From assembly GCF_001194135.2 (NCBI RefSeq), contig NC_068998.1, forward strand, positions 55,363,661 through 55,395,766: a DNA stretch of 32,106 nt. The letters run 5' to 3'. Both the position numbers and the translations under genes were made by a program. Below, in pieces: positions 22,260 to 32,106 of this stretch (positions within the stretch are counted from its first letter, which is position 1; each line of letters starts with the position of its first letter). The notes under the pieces were generated by a model. That model saw only the letters and a list, made by a program, of their open reading frames with translations. It ran no database searches and was not told where the DNA came from. This DNA is from Octopus bimaculoides (taxonomy: Eukaryota).

Positions 22260-22407
22260 TGTCCGAAATAGAAGAAGAGTCTTTCAACGAGAGAAACTTA
22301 ATCATTGGTCTGTGTGTTGGGATAACCTTCGCTTTGCTCCTTGCAATTTTCATATTTACTATTGTTAAGGTAAGAAAGCGTACAGGAAAGCCAGAACAAG
22401 AAAAGGG
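22260..22407 (+). CDS. Exon encoding acidic stalk, transmembrane helix and basic stop-transfer of the Sushi-TM protein
   Basis: Acceptor ttgttgcag| is phase-1 compatible. It reads SEIEEESFNERN-LIIGLCVGITFALLLAIFIFTIV-KVRKRTGKPEQEK; donor GG|gtaagt is phase 2. Confidence 0.88.
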
Positions 22408-22647
22408 GTAAGTGTGCAAAGGGTTTGGTCTTCCCAAACTTTGCTTTTCTCAAGAGACACAAAATTTTGGATTTATAAGAGGGAATAAAAGCGTGTCGTC
22501 GGAATTTTCACATGACTATTCACTACAGAAGAAGTTAGTCATTTTTTCACTTTCATGGTTTATTAACTTCTGATACTGGTGAGGCCCCCAAAGTTTTAGT
22601 TAGGAAAGATGGGAGATATCTTATGGTAGGTGCACACTTTTGGCCAG

Positions 22648-22770
22648 TTACATGTTGAGTTCTAATTCCGCCAAGATTAAGCTCACCTTTCATCCTTTTG
22701 GGGGTCAGTGAAATAATGTTTCGGCCAGTCAAGTACTGGTATCAAATTAGATTGTTGCAATGTGTCCCAG
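22648..22770 (+). mobile_element. Degenerate SINE fragment (12519 family)
   Basis: GAGTTCTAATTCCGCCAAG...CCTTTCATCCTTTTGGGGGTC...AAGTACTGG. Confidence 0.55.
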
Positions 22771-23618
22771 GTATGAATGTAAATTTTATTAGAATGTAAG
22801 AATTATATACATGACTGTACTTAAATTTATCAAAGATGAAACCAAATTGTGACAATGTTAAGAAAGGCACAGATGTGTGGGAATGAAATTTGCATAGTGG
22901 GTGCAAACCCAGATCCAACCCAGAATGCTCAAAGCATTTTTTTTGATGGCCAAAATATTTTAGGAGTTTGCAAGCACATCCCCTGTTCCTGGGCCCATGG
23001 ATGAAGGACGTCAACATTATATAGTTTAAACTTTTCTGATTTTTCCACCATTCCATTGTTCTTCTTGACAATAAATATAAATGGTACTGGAAGAGTTTTA
23101 ACTGCTATTTTATTATTTCTGTCACTGTAAGAGCAACATGCGATAAATGTAATTTGTTGTCAAATGTTATAGTCTGCGAAAAAGAACTGGAAAAAATATA
23201 ACAGATAAGTTGTTACAGCAGATCCAAAAACCAATGTAAAGAGATAAAAGAGAGAGAAAAGATTTTATTTTCGTTGGGCAACAATTCAAGAAATAGGTTC
23301 GAATGAGCTTATTTATGTAATTTCTTCATCAGGCCCATAATTAGCTAAGATTTTTTACCAGGAAATTACACAAAAGTTAATGAGGGCGCTTATATGTGAT
23401 CATTCGATTTGTTAGAAACAGCATCCAAACTGCTCTCAAATTACACTTTTCACCTTATAAAAGGATGGTTCATGGTGGTGGTGGTGGTGGTGGTCATCGT
23501 CATCATTATTCAATATTCACTTTTCTATGCTTGCGTGGGTCATACAGAATGTACTGAGACAGATTTTCTATGTCAGGATAACCTGTCGCTAACCCACACC
23601 TGTTTCCAAACAAGATAA

Positions 23619-24310
23619 TACACTGAAACGCAAAAGAAACAGGAGACGTGTATGACTGTAAAATATGTTTCGATTTCATTGTCTGAGATAAATTTCAATA
23701 AATCTGATAGAGTCAATTTCTTGGAGGCACTTTGACCACGGTCTTTGGGTTGTTGTCATGTGTTCTGGTAGTGGGCCAGATCCAGCACATCGAGATTGTT
23801 GGGCTTGACATGTTCAATAACGTGTATGTCCTCCTTGGTTGTTTAAAACAACCATACACCATCGGTCCATGGAGTGCATGAGGCAGTTCACAAAAGCCAT
23901 TGACACCTGTGTCCACACCCTGAGGAAAGCTGCCTCCAGTACCACACAAGTTATCGGCCTTGGGACCACCTGGTTCAGCCATCACTGGATTTCATCCCGT
24001 AGGAGTTCAATTGGGTTCAAATCTGGGCTGAGAGCTGGCCACAGCATGGTTCTGATGTTGCGCTGATGCATGAAATCCATGGTGATCCTGGCCGTATCGA
24101 AGGGAGTATTGTTCTGCTGGAACACGTGGCTATGCTGACGTGTGAAGAAGGGCACGATGTGAGGTCTTGGGATATGGTCAACCTAGCGCTGTGCTGTGAT
24201 GCAGTTTCCTCTGCCTGCAACCAACATTTTGGAACACACAGGGCCCAATTCTCTGATTCAAGCCTGTTGCACCCCAAACCATGATGCTTTGGCCACCACA
24301 CTCTCTCCCT
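23619..24310 (-). mobile_element. Defective Tc1-like (DD34E) element, 3' half
   Basis: The minus strand reads VPFFTRQHSHVFQQNNTP (D changed to N)...WPALSPDLNPIELLRDEIQ*...NQGGHTRY* with the stop at 23814. A TIR-like TA-CACTGAAACGCAAAAGAAAC lies at 23619. Confidence 0.8.
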
Positions 24311-24629
24311 GACACATGATCTCTTTGTAGAATTTGAACTTAGAATATAAAGATGGATGAAATGCCACTAAGCATTTTGTCTGGTGTGCTAATCAATTCT
24401 GCCAATTTCTCGCCTTGGGTTCTATTGTCGTATATTGAAATGCCATTTACCTTTTATCTGCAAATATAAGCAACGGTATTTGTCCCCTATTCTCTCTTTG
24501 TAATGCAAAGGCAGTTACCTCCTATGGTATTTTTGCTGTGTTTGTATTTCGTTAAAACATTCATAAGTCATTTAGTTAGCTAAATCTTAAATAATAGCAC
24601 AGTATACGTTTAACTGTCTATGTATAAAT

Positions 24630-24960
24630 TGTGTGGATGTGTACACACACACCGGCACAGGGGCCAGAGGAGCTGGCATCAACCACAATCGGAAGCACAG
24701 AAGCCAGTCAAAGCGGCACTGGCATCGGCCACATTTAGATGGTGCTTTTTACATGCTACCAATTCGGGGCTCAGAACTACAATTTCCATTTGATTTGATT
24801 TTGATATTGCTGACGTTGATGTACTTGACTTCATAGGGCCTCCTCGAACACGGCATGTTGCCCTACGATCCAAGGTACTTTTGAGTGGGCTGGTTATGCG
24901 ACACTGGTGTAGGTTACAGCTGTGGACACACTTTATTTGCCAGGTCTTCTCTGTCACAGT
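24630..24960. repeat. Interspersed repeat, family not determined
   Basis: GC-richer block (GATGGTGCTTTTTACATGC...) resembling a recurrent octopus repeat; recognised from memory only. Confidence 0.35.
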
Positions 24961-25044
24961 AATATAATAAAATTTACAAAATATGGTTAGTTAAAACTGA
25001 TTGTCCTTAATTTGTCACTTATGACATTTATTTTATATTTCTAG

Positions 25045-25113
25045 TCTGGGATTCAAGCATAATGCCCAAAATTACAATTTTACCAATCAAACATTCACAG
25101 AAACTCCAAACAG
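25045..25113 (+). CDS. Cytoplasmic-tail exon 1 of the Sushi-TM gene (69 bp, phase 2-2)
   Basis: tatttctag| ... AG|gtaaaa; reads (G)LGFKHNAQNYNFTNQTFTETPN, open in the phase given by the 22407 donor. Confidence 0.75.
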
Positions 25114-25199
25114 GTAAAAACTAATTCTAAATTCTATTATTTTCTTTCATTCATTGATAAGACTTAATCTTCACAAAAGTTAAGGTGCTTAATTTTAAT

Positions 25200-25620
25200 T
25201 ATTATTTGACAATTATTATCATTATTATAGAAACAAAGCTCAGGTTTGGTCTTATTCCAGGTAGGATTTATGTTACTACTTGTAACCTTAGCTATCCACA
25301 TGTTCTCAGCAGTCTTTCAAGGGCTTAGAACCCTCCTGATAATCCTTGCTGTCCCCGAGAGGCAAACTTTCTGTAGGAACTCTGCTGTTGTTGTTGTTTT
25401 GATTCTCGTTGTTCTATTTGCAATTGTTCTTTACTTGAAAGCAGGCAATAACAAATCACCAAAGGTTTCAAGTAGTGCTTTCTTCTCCTGTGACTCAGAG
25501 ACAATACTCTCCTTAGAATGCCAGCTGTCTTCTGGATCACTTTGAGCCTCACAGCAGCTCCAGTATTCTTAATATGTTAAGGCAGTGAGCTGCAAAAACT
25601 GATGGAGCTAACCTTGAAGA
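25200..25620 (-). mobile_element. Two tandem R4/Dong-type 3' ends with (TAA)-like tail
   Basis: The minus strand gives GAAVRLKVIQKTAGILRRVLS and then LQKVCLSGTARIIRRVLSP*, both resembling the R4 C-terminus (LQKxxLLGTAxILRKVL). These are followed by ATAATAATGATAATAAT. Confidence 0.5.
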
Positions 25621-26134
25621 GCCTTTTGAGTAGAGTCAGCTTTGCCTCTTATCCTTTCAGAATTGGTAAAATAAAGGACCTGTCCAAAAGTATTAACATG
25701 TCAGACAAGATTCCTTGCTGTATTTGTTTCAACTTTTTTCCTTCTGAATTCTTGGATGATAGACTTCATCTATCACCTGTTTGCTGGGTGCCATTAGCAA
25801 AGTTCACCCTGTTGCAAGAATTATTCAGACAAGGTCTCTGGTTTGAGAATACTTTCCATTATTCTTAAAAGCCTGTAAAAATAAAGGATCATTAGTAATG
25901 GCTTTACAGCCCTAGCTAAACGGTAAAAATGGAAAAAAAAACTCAATAAACTGCATGAAATAGAAAGCAAATTTGTTAAATCATATGTTGAAAAAAGGAA
26001 GAGCATATTGGATACTACAGATAGTATTGACTGACCTGTCATTGGATATAGGTTTGCTCAATCAGGCTGACCTGGGGCTAAAAACAACTATGTTGATATT
26101 AACTACTCATGTTTTTATATTTATTTATTTCCAG

Positions 26135-26194
26135 GCAGCTAAATGGAGAGGCTTCCACTGAATACAGTTGTTCAACACAAACATTTCTTCTGAA
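26135..26194 (+). CDS. Cytoplasmic-tail exon 2 (60 bp, phase 2-2)
   Basis: ttatttccag| ... AA|gtgagt; reads (R)QLNGEASTEYSCSTQTFLL. Confidence 0.75.
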
Positions 26195-26584
26195 GTGAGT
26201 ATAAGAAGAAGTTCTCTTTTTCAAATTATTTAACTGCTTCAGGTTGTTATTTTCTCAGGTTTTCCCCATTACCTTTAAGCTACGAATATCCTTCCACAAG
26301 ATATCAATGAGTGAAATCATTTAATGTAGTATACTAGAGAGAGAGGAACTATGTCCATGGTTCGTTACTGAGGTAGAGCCATTGTTTTACATTGAATGAA
26401 CAATATTTTGTTCTTAATGGAAACAAAAAGAAATTCCAAACCTTTGCACTATTAAACCAAACAGTAACACAATTCACTGCTGGCCTCAACATAAACTGTT
26501 GCACTCAAAATACTAACTGAAACTGAAGACCTAAGAGCCAGAAGTTTAATATCTTATCTACACTGACATTTGATGGTGATAGTG

Positions 26585-26936
26585 CAGGCATTGCTGGGGG
26601 GTTAAGAAGCTTGCTTCCCAACCATGTGGTTTCAGGTTCAGTCCCACCAGTCAACTCCTTTTGAGTGAATTTGGTAAAAAGAGAAACTAAGTGGAAGCCC
26701 TTCACACACACACACATACACATACATGTGTGTGTGTCTTTCTGTGCATGTGTGTGTTTGTCACACACACCACTCAACAACTGGTGTTAGTCTATTTACA
26801 TCCCTGTAACTTAGAAGTTCAGTAAAAGAGAACAAGTACCAGACTTCAAAATAAGATCTAAGATTGATTTGTTTGACTGAACCGTTCGAGGCGGTGCTCC
26901 AGCATGGCCACACTCTGGTGACTGAAACAAGTAAAG
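26585..26936 (+). mobile_element. Diverged copy of the 9350-9736 SINE family
   Basis: AGCTTGCTTCCCAACCATGTGG...GGTTCAGTCCCAC head, internal (CA/TG)n, and tail GGCGGTGCTCCAGCATGGCC...GACTGAAACAAGTAAAG. Confidence 0.7.
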
Positions 26937-27291
26937 GGCAGCATTGAGTTTCCCTTTGAAATCTGTCAGTTCCCTTGGTGGGATCTTTTGTGCATCATGA
27001 AGTTAAAACCTCTGACAACCCCTGCTTGACTGACCCATGACTTGGTGGGTGCCGTGTCCATAAAATAAGCACAAGTTGAGTAAAGGAGGGGGCAGTGGGA
27101 GGATCAATTCAATTGACCCCCCCCCAAAAAAAAACATGTATTGTGGATCCAAGACCAAAATAAAAGTTGTTGCCATTGTTTCCTCCTCCTCTGTTTGCAT
27201 TTAAGATACTTTATAGGAATATTTGTAGGAAGCCAAGTGCTTGGGTGATATTTCATCAGCCAACTGACCACCTGTTTATTAATAATTTCAG

Positions 27292-27360
27292 TGGACAGAA
27301 GGAGGAAGAGGCAGCCAATGAAACAATTACAAAAGACTGTGTGAAGGAAAGTGAAAACTG
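27292..27360 (+). CDS. Cytoplasmic-tail exon 3 (69 bp, phase 2-2)
   Basis: aataatttcag| ... TG|gtaagt; reads (N)GQKEEEAANETITKDCVKESEN. Confidence 0.72.
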
Positions 27361-27513
27361 GTAAGTGTTCAGTTTCCTATAATATGCCTTTCTATAAAAT
27401 CAAAGCAATGATGGCCAGGTCAGTGTTAGACTATTTAATGAATTGAACATTAAAAAAATCAAATTATATAGAATTATGTGGTGAGGAAAAGACAACATTA
27501 GCTGAATGATTAA

Positions 27514-27580
<67 letters not shown>

Positions 27581-30424
27581 GTAATAAGAAAGTAAGGAGA
27601 CAAATCCAGGTAGATATCAGTTCAGTCTCAAATTTCGTTCTGACCACACATAGTATTAATTCCAGTAGTAGGTCCTGAGAAAATGTAATTGTAAATGCTA
27701 TTTGCTAGCATAATGTGGTTGTCTTGAAAGGGACTGTTGTTTTAGCCCCAAGAAACATCGTTTCTAGCTGGCTGTGCAACATACTATCTGTGTTATATTT
27801 TCGAACAGGGACCTCAGCACTCCCATCTAGTGCAAAACAACATCTGTGGACTAGTTTCTGGGTTATTGCTCTTTATCAACAGGGAGGAGCTGCTTGGCTA
27901 GATGGCGTTGCTGAATTCACCATTCGAACATATAGTTTCCAAAGTACTTCTTTACCTCTCTCCTCCAACAGCTCGTCAAGTTTATTCTTCTACTTAAACT
28001 GTAGTTAGGTCTCTAAGTATGAGTGTGTGTGTGTGTGCGTGCGGCATGTATTAAGAGGTGTCCATCCAATAAACTGTTATCATCTTCACCATCCCCTTAC
28101 CATTATTTATCAATTTCAATGTTCCACTGTCAACTTCTTATGTTCTTCTCTCTCTCTATCTCTCTTTTACTCTCTGTCCCCATCTCTCTAAATGTTATGA
28201 AGTATGACTGGAAAAATCAACCAGCCAACCAACCAACCGCTCTTTATTACACAAGGATTATACAAGAATAGACTTAGAATTTTTTGAAGCATCCCTAGTT
28301 GTAAAGAGTGAAGTGTTGACGACTCGACAGAGAATCAGGAAATCAGATTAGGAGTTGGGTGGGGTGGAGGATGGTTTGTTCCTGTCTTGTTACCAATATT
28401 GCAATAAGACAGGCTCTAAACTGTTGGTCAATCAGCAAGAGATAGTTCTTCATTTCCCTCAATTCACACAAGGAAGCATACATTGAACATTGTGAAAAGA
28501 CAGGGTGGTCATAGTTGGAACATTTTTGATCACAAGATTTGCTCAATCAGGCCACACTAGAGTCTAAACAACAAATGACTTGTGATGGAGCCAAGACTGG
28601 AATCATTGTCACTCAAATCAGCTTGAAATGGCAGTCATATCTTCCTCAAATTGCACCCTTATTGTCTTGAAACAGAAAGGACATGTGAGGTAATTTAGTG
28701 TAAGAATCACTGAATAAGAGACAAGATGGTAAGGGTTGCTTGATCAGGCCTGGGGCTAAACAACAGCAACAGAGTAAAAATGACAAGAGTTATTTTTGAT
28801 TTCTGTGTTAAGCATTTCATTCTCAGAAGTTTGGTGACATGAAGGAAATGCTAATAACTGCAGCACAACTAGCAGTTCTGTTGGTATCACTACACAATAC
28901 AGTCAAGAATTAGTTTCTACTGTGTTCGTGGAGATATTTCAACATTGGCAGAACAATATCAATAATGAATTACCTAATTAAGAATACTTATTGCCTCAAT
29001 ATACGTGTATATATACACACACGTGTATGTATATATACATCTATAACTATCTCTATTAATATACATGCATATATATAAAAATGGAGTGGTATCTAGTCTC
29101 CGACTTAGCAAATATTTGTAAAGATTTAGAATGTTTCAAATTCAAGTTATTTGCTTACTACGTCACCAATATTGTTTGAGACAATTAAGGAAGTGGTAAT
29201 TACGTACTACATCATCGATAGTTGTTAGAATAATCATTTAAGTTCCAGAAACGGTGGACCATGTGCGCTGAAAGAATATGTAACTGTTAATACTTTGTAG
29301 TTTTATTATCTTTTAAACAGTTTTAATTCAGCTTTAAACATAGCAAAGTTTTATGTAATAGTTAATTACAAGTATTCTTTTATTAGTGCCTAGATATAAA
29401 TTTGTTTTTATTAGTTATTGCTAAGTTTACATTTATATCTTGTAAAGGTCATAATATATATTAGTGAGTATGGAGTGTTTTTATTATTAACTTTTCAATT
29501 ATGAAATAATGTATTTCACTCATAATTATTAAATTCAATCGTGTTTTTGTTTTGGAGCGAATTAAAATAAGGTTTTCGCTTTCTGTTGTGTTCTGGGGAA
29601 AGTCATTTTCATTTTTGTGTCTTTATAGTTTAACAAACTCACCTGTAAAATTTCCACTTATTTCTTATTTTTATTTTCCTAAAATTTTCGTTGCGTCTTG
29701 CAACCTTTTCAGGAATTATTCTGTATAGACTTAAAAGTATATAATTTAATGGTATTATTCAAGAAGAGTGGTCCCGGTGCGCGCATCGGCGCTAGCTAGT
29801 CGTGACTAATCGATCCTACGACTACCTAGCCGGAGTGCGCATCATGCGCAAAACATGTAGGAGGGTTTTTTCTAAACAAAGTAAATAAATTATACACTAC
29901 ATGTTGTCATGGATTAATATAACAACTGTAACTTTGTAATGCATCCATTTATTTGCAGGTAAAACCTAATTCTTTCTTAATTCTCTGTTGATTTTGTTCT
30001 TCGTTGATTAGTCCCTTAATTTAGACTTACTCAGACTGCTGACCATTGTATCTGTTTTTAAGACACTGTCTATGTAGGACTCCATTATCCAGTGTGTTTT
30101 CCCTTTTCTGAAGCAGAAGGGGAAAATTTGAGGAAGATTTCACTGTTATTTTTAGCAGGAGGTTCAATGGCCATGTAGAGGTTTTTTTGTTTCCTTTGTT
30201 GGCACAAGAATGGTCGTCTTGCAGTAGAATAAGACCGGAGGAGCATTTTCAGAACTAATCTCTCTCGTGCTGAGAGTAAAACGAGTGGAAACATTAGTAA
30301 TAAATAAAATAGATTTCAATTTTGATTTAATGAGAGGAAGTGGGTCTGATTCAGAAAATACGGTTCAATGTTACATTGAGGTCTATCACAAGGTCCAGTC
30401 GTTGTTGTAGTGTGCTGGCTTGTA

Positions 30425-30860
30425 TTCCTCAATGACCCAGAGAGCCCTATGCCAGTGAGGTATAAACTCCTGATAGGGGCCTTCTGTGCTGGACATGTGA
30501 AAGGAGGACAGAGGTCTGACTAATATGGACTGCTTCTTCCCTAAGGTAAAACTTCATTTGCCTTGGGTCACATCCCAACCAAAGAAAAGCAAAACTATAG
30601 AATGACAGTTCAAAACCAACAAAATATGGGAGTGAAAAGCCTTCTCTCAAGGAATCCTATAATATGGGGGGGGGGGCAGCAAAATCAAAAATGAAACTGT
30701 ACGGTCAACTGACCAGCAAGAGAGGCTGACAAGGGAGATTGAAAAAAGGATCCCTTGAAAATAGCTGGAGACAGAATATTGAGACAAGAGCTGGAAAACA
30801 GGCAGGAATGACAGCCGAAGGTGGAGGATAGTGAAAAGGAGTTATTAATGGCCTGAGTTG
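30425..30860 (+). mobile_element. Internally deleted RTE-like LINE (5'UTR-like block joined to 3' ORF end)
   Basis: ATGACCCAGAGAGC...GCTGGACA.GTGAAAGG resembles RTE 5' ends. Downstream KLYG...GRLKK..SWRQNIE and NDSRRWRIV resemble RTE C-terminal motifs. Confidence 0.4.
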
Positions 30861-30942
30861 CAAGGCTTCTTAAGTAAACTGTTTACATTAAGGTGACAAA
30901 TGCATTATTAAACTGATCTGTGTAAGCAATTGTGTTTTACAG

Positions 30943-31020
30943 CCGTCCTAAGAAAGCAATTCCAGATTTACAAGTGGAAAACCCAGTGGTTAAGTCTGTA
31001 GCAGATGACAGCCTGGAGCA
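30943..31020 (+). CDS. Cytoplasmic-tail exon 4 (78 bp, phase 2-2); the gene continues beyond the window
   Basis: tgtgttttacag| ... CA|gtaagt; reads (C)RPKKAIPDLQVENPVVKSVADDSLE with no stop. Confidence 0.72.
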
Positions 31021-31082
31021 GTAAGTATATATATATATATATGTATGTATAAATATAGGTTGTTGCTGCTGCTGCTGTTGTT

Positions 31083-32099
31083 TTTACCTCTGCCTTAGTG
31101 AAGGCATTGTGTTTGTTTGTTTGTTTGTCCGTGGACAAGATATTTCAAGAATGACTGGATGGATTCGGATGAAACTTTCAGGGATGTTTGGCCTCATGAT
31201 TGGCATGGATTGATTAGATTTTGGGATTGATCCAGTACCGGACAAGGATTCTGGATTTTTTGTTATATTTACTTAACATGAAGTATTATGATCTTGCGTT
31301 CACTTTCAAGTCTTTCTCTGATCCTCTCCCTTGAAAGAATGCTTATGGTTTCCACATAAGTTATGGCGTTGCTGCTGTTTCCAAAGTTTATTTTCATTTC
31401 TCTATTATTAATTTTACTCACGTCTCTTAATAGAAACTGATAGATAAAGAAATCAAACTACATAAACAAATGGCAGCAAAACCGTTCAGAAATTAAATAA
31501 CATTAACATATTCAGTCACAATAATAAATTTAATTTATCCTCAACAATTTTTAGTTTTAGCAATTTTGAACATATTACTCCTGTTTAAAAACTCTTACCT
31601 ACTTGACAATTGCATTTCTAGCTTTGCCTTCAAGGAAGCTCTACTTTTTGGACTCACAGTTTTGTACGAAACAATGTTGTTAACCCTCCGTTAACAGCAC
31701 CACATGCAGGTCCTTTCCATTTTCTTTCACACGTGGATAAATTTTTCACTGTAGACCTTAATGGTCATAAAGACATTATATCAGTGGAGAGACGAAAAAA
31801 GGCCTTCATAGAGAAAACTGTCCCTGTCCCAGATGATACACAACATTACAATCATGGCCCGTACACCCACCTTCACATTCCATGACTACCACTGGGATGG
31901 ATCAGGTACCAGACAAGGATTTTGGATTATTTTTCCAGTTTTTTTTTACTTAATTTTTGAGAGCAGTCAGGTTCCTTTTTAGCATTCTCATTTGTGAGAG
32001 CAGTTGAGTTTGTTTCAGGTATTCTCATTTTAAAAATCATCTCTGGCTAATCGTTGGTGTTGCCTTGGCAGAGGTTTGCACTCCCTGAGTTCTCTTGTT
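31083..32099 (+). mobile_element. Helentron-associated interspersed element (HINE/DINE-1-like), interrupted or two partial copies
   Basis: Subterminal inverted repeats ACCTCTGCC (31086-31094) and GGCAGAGGT (32067-32075), a 5' hairpin GCCTT-agtg-AAGGC, (GTTT)n, a 3' hairpin GCACTC-cct-GAGTTC, and T-rich flanks. Confidence 0.6.
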
Positions 32100-32106
32100 A
32101 TTAATG

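Noticed and set aside
25246-25545. Hydrophobic 99-aa ORF resembling a membrane protein
   Set aside because: It is the antisense frame of R4/Dong 3' remnants plus a (GTT)n run, and lies in an intron of the Sushi-TM gene.
28827-28883. Possible additional or terminal exon (ttctcag|AAGT...TTG|gtatca)
   Set aside because: Joining to 27360 creates TGA at the junction and the phase-2 frame stops again after three codons. The donor is weak and I saw no supporting poly(A) context, so it cannot be supported without RNA data.

Overview
AT-rich, repeat-dense animal genomic DNA. It is very probably an octopus or other coleoid cephalopod, inferred from recognising its SINE families rather than from a search. 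There are four assembly gaps (8846-8885, 13936-13945, 14734-15237, 16893-17288). Two + strand, intron-containing genes can be built by hand. (1) The 3' part of an AA15-family LPMO-like gene (exons 130-490 and 1536-3013), whose copper-site residues look degenerate; it has a furin-type site, a long Ser/Thr-rich linker and two tandem six-cysteine modules. (2) A single-Sushi(CCP)-domain, single-pass membrane protein gene: candidate first exon 13723-13744, then 20071-20274, 22260-22407, 25045-25113, 26135-26194, 27292-27360 and 30943-31020, continuing past the window. Its cytoplasmic tail is built from small symmetric phase-2 exons. The rest is mostly decayed mobile DNA: mariner, maT and Tc1 transposase remnants; R4/Dong, RTE, CR1 and Penelope-like retroelement fragments; tRNA-derived SINEs; a Merlin-like MITE with an 8-bp TSD; Helitron/Helentron-type elements; a 153-bp near-perfect inverted repeat; two degenerate hammerhead-ribozyme-like motifs; and microsatellites. 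No rRNA, true tRNA or CRISPR array was seen. All splice models and family calls are manual and unverified.
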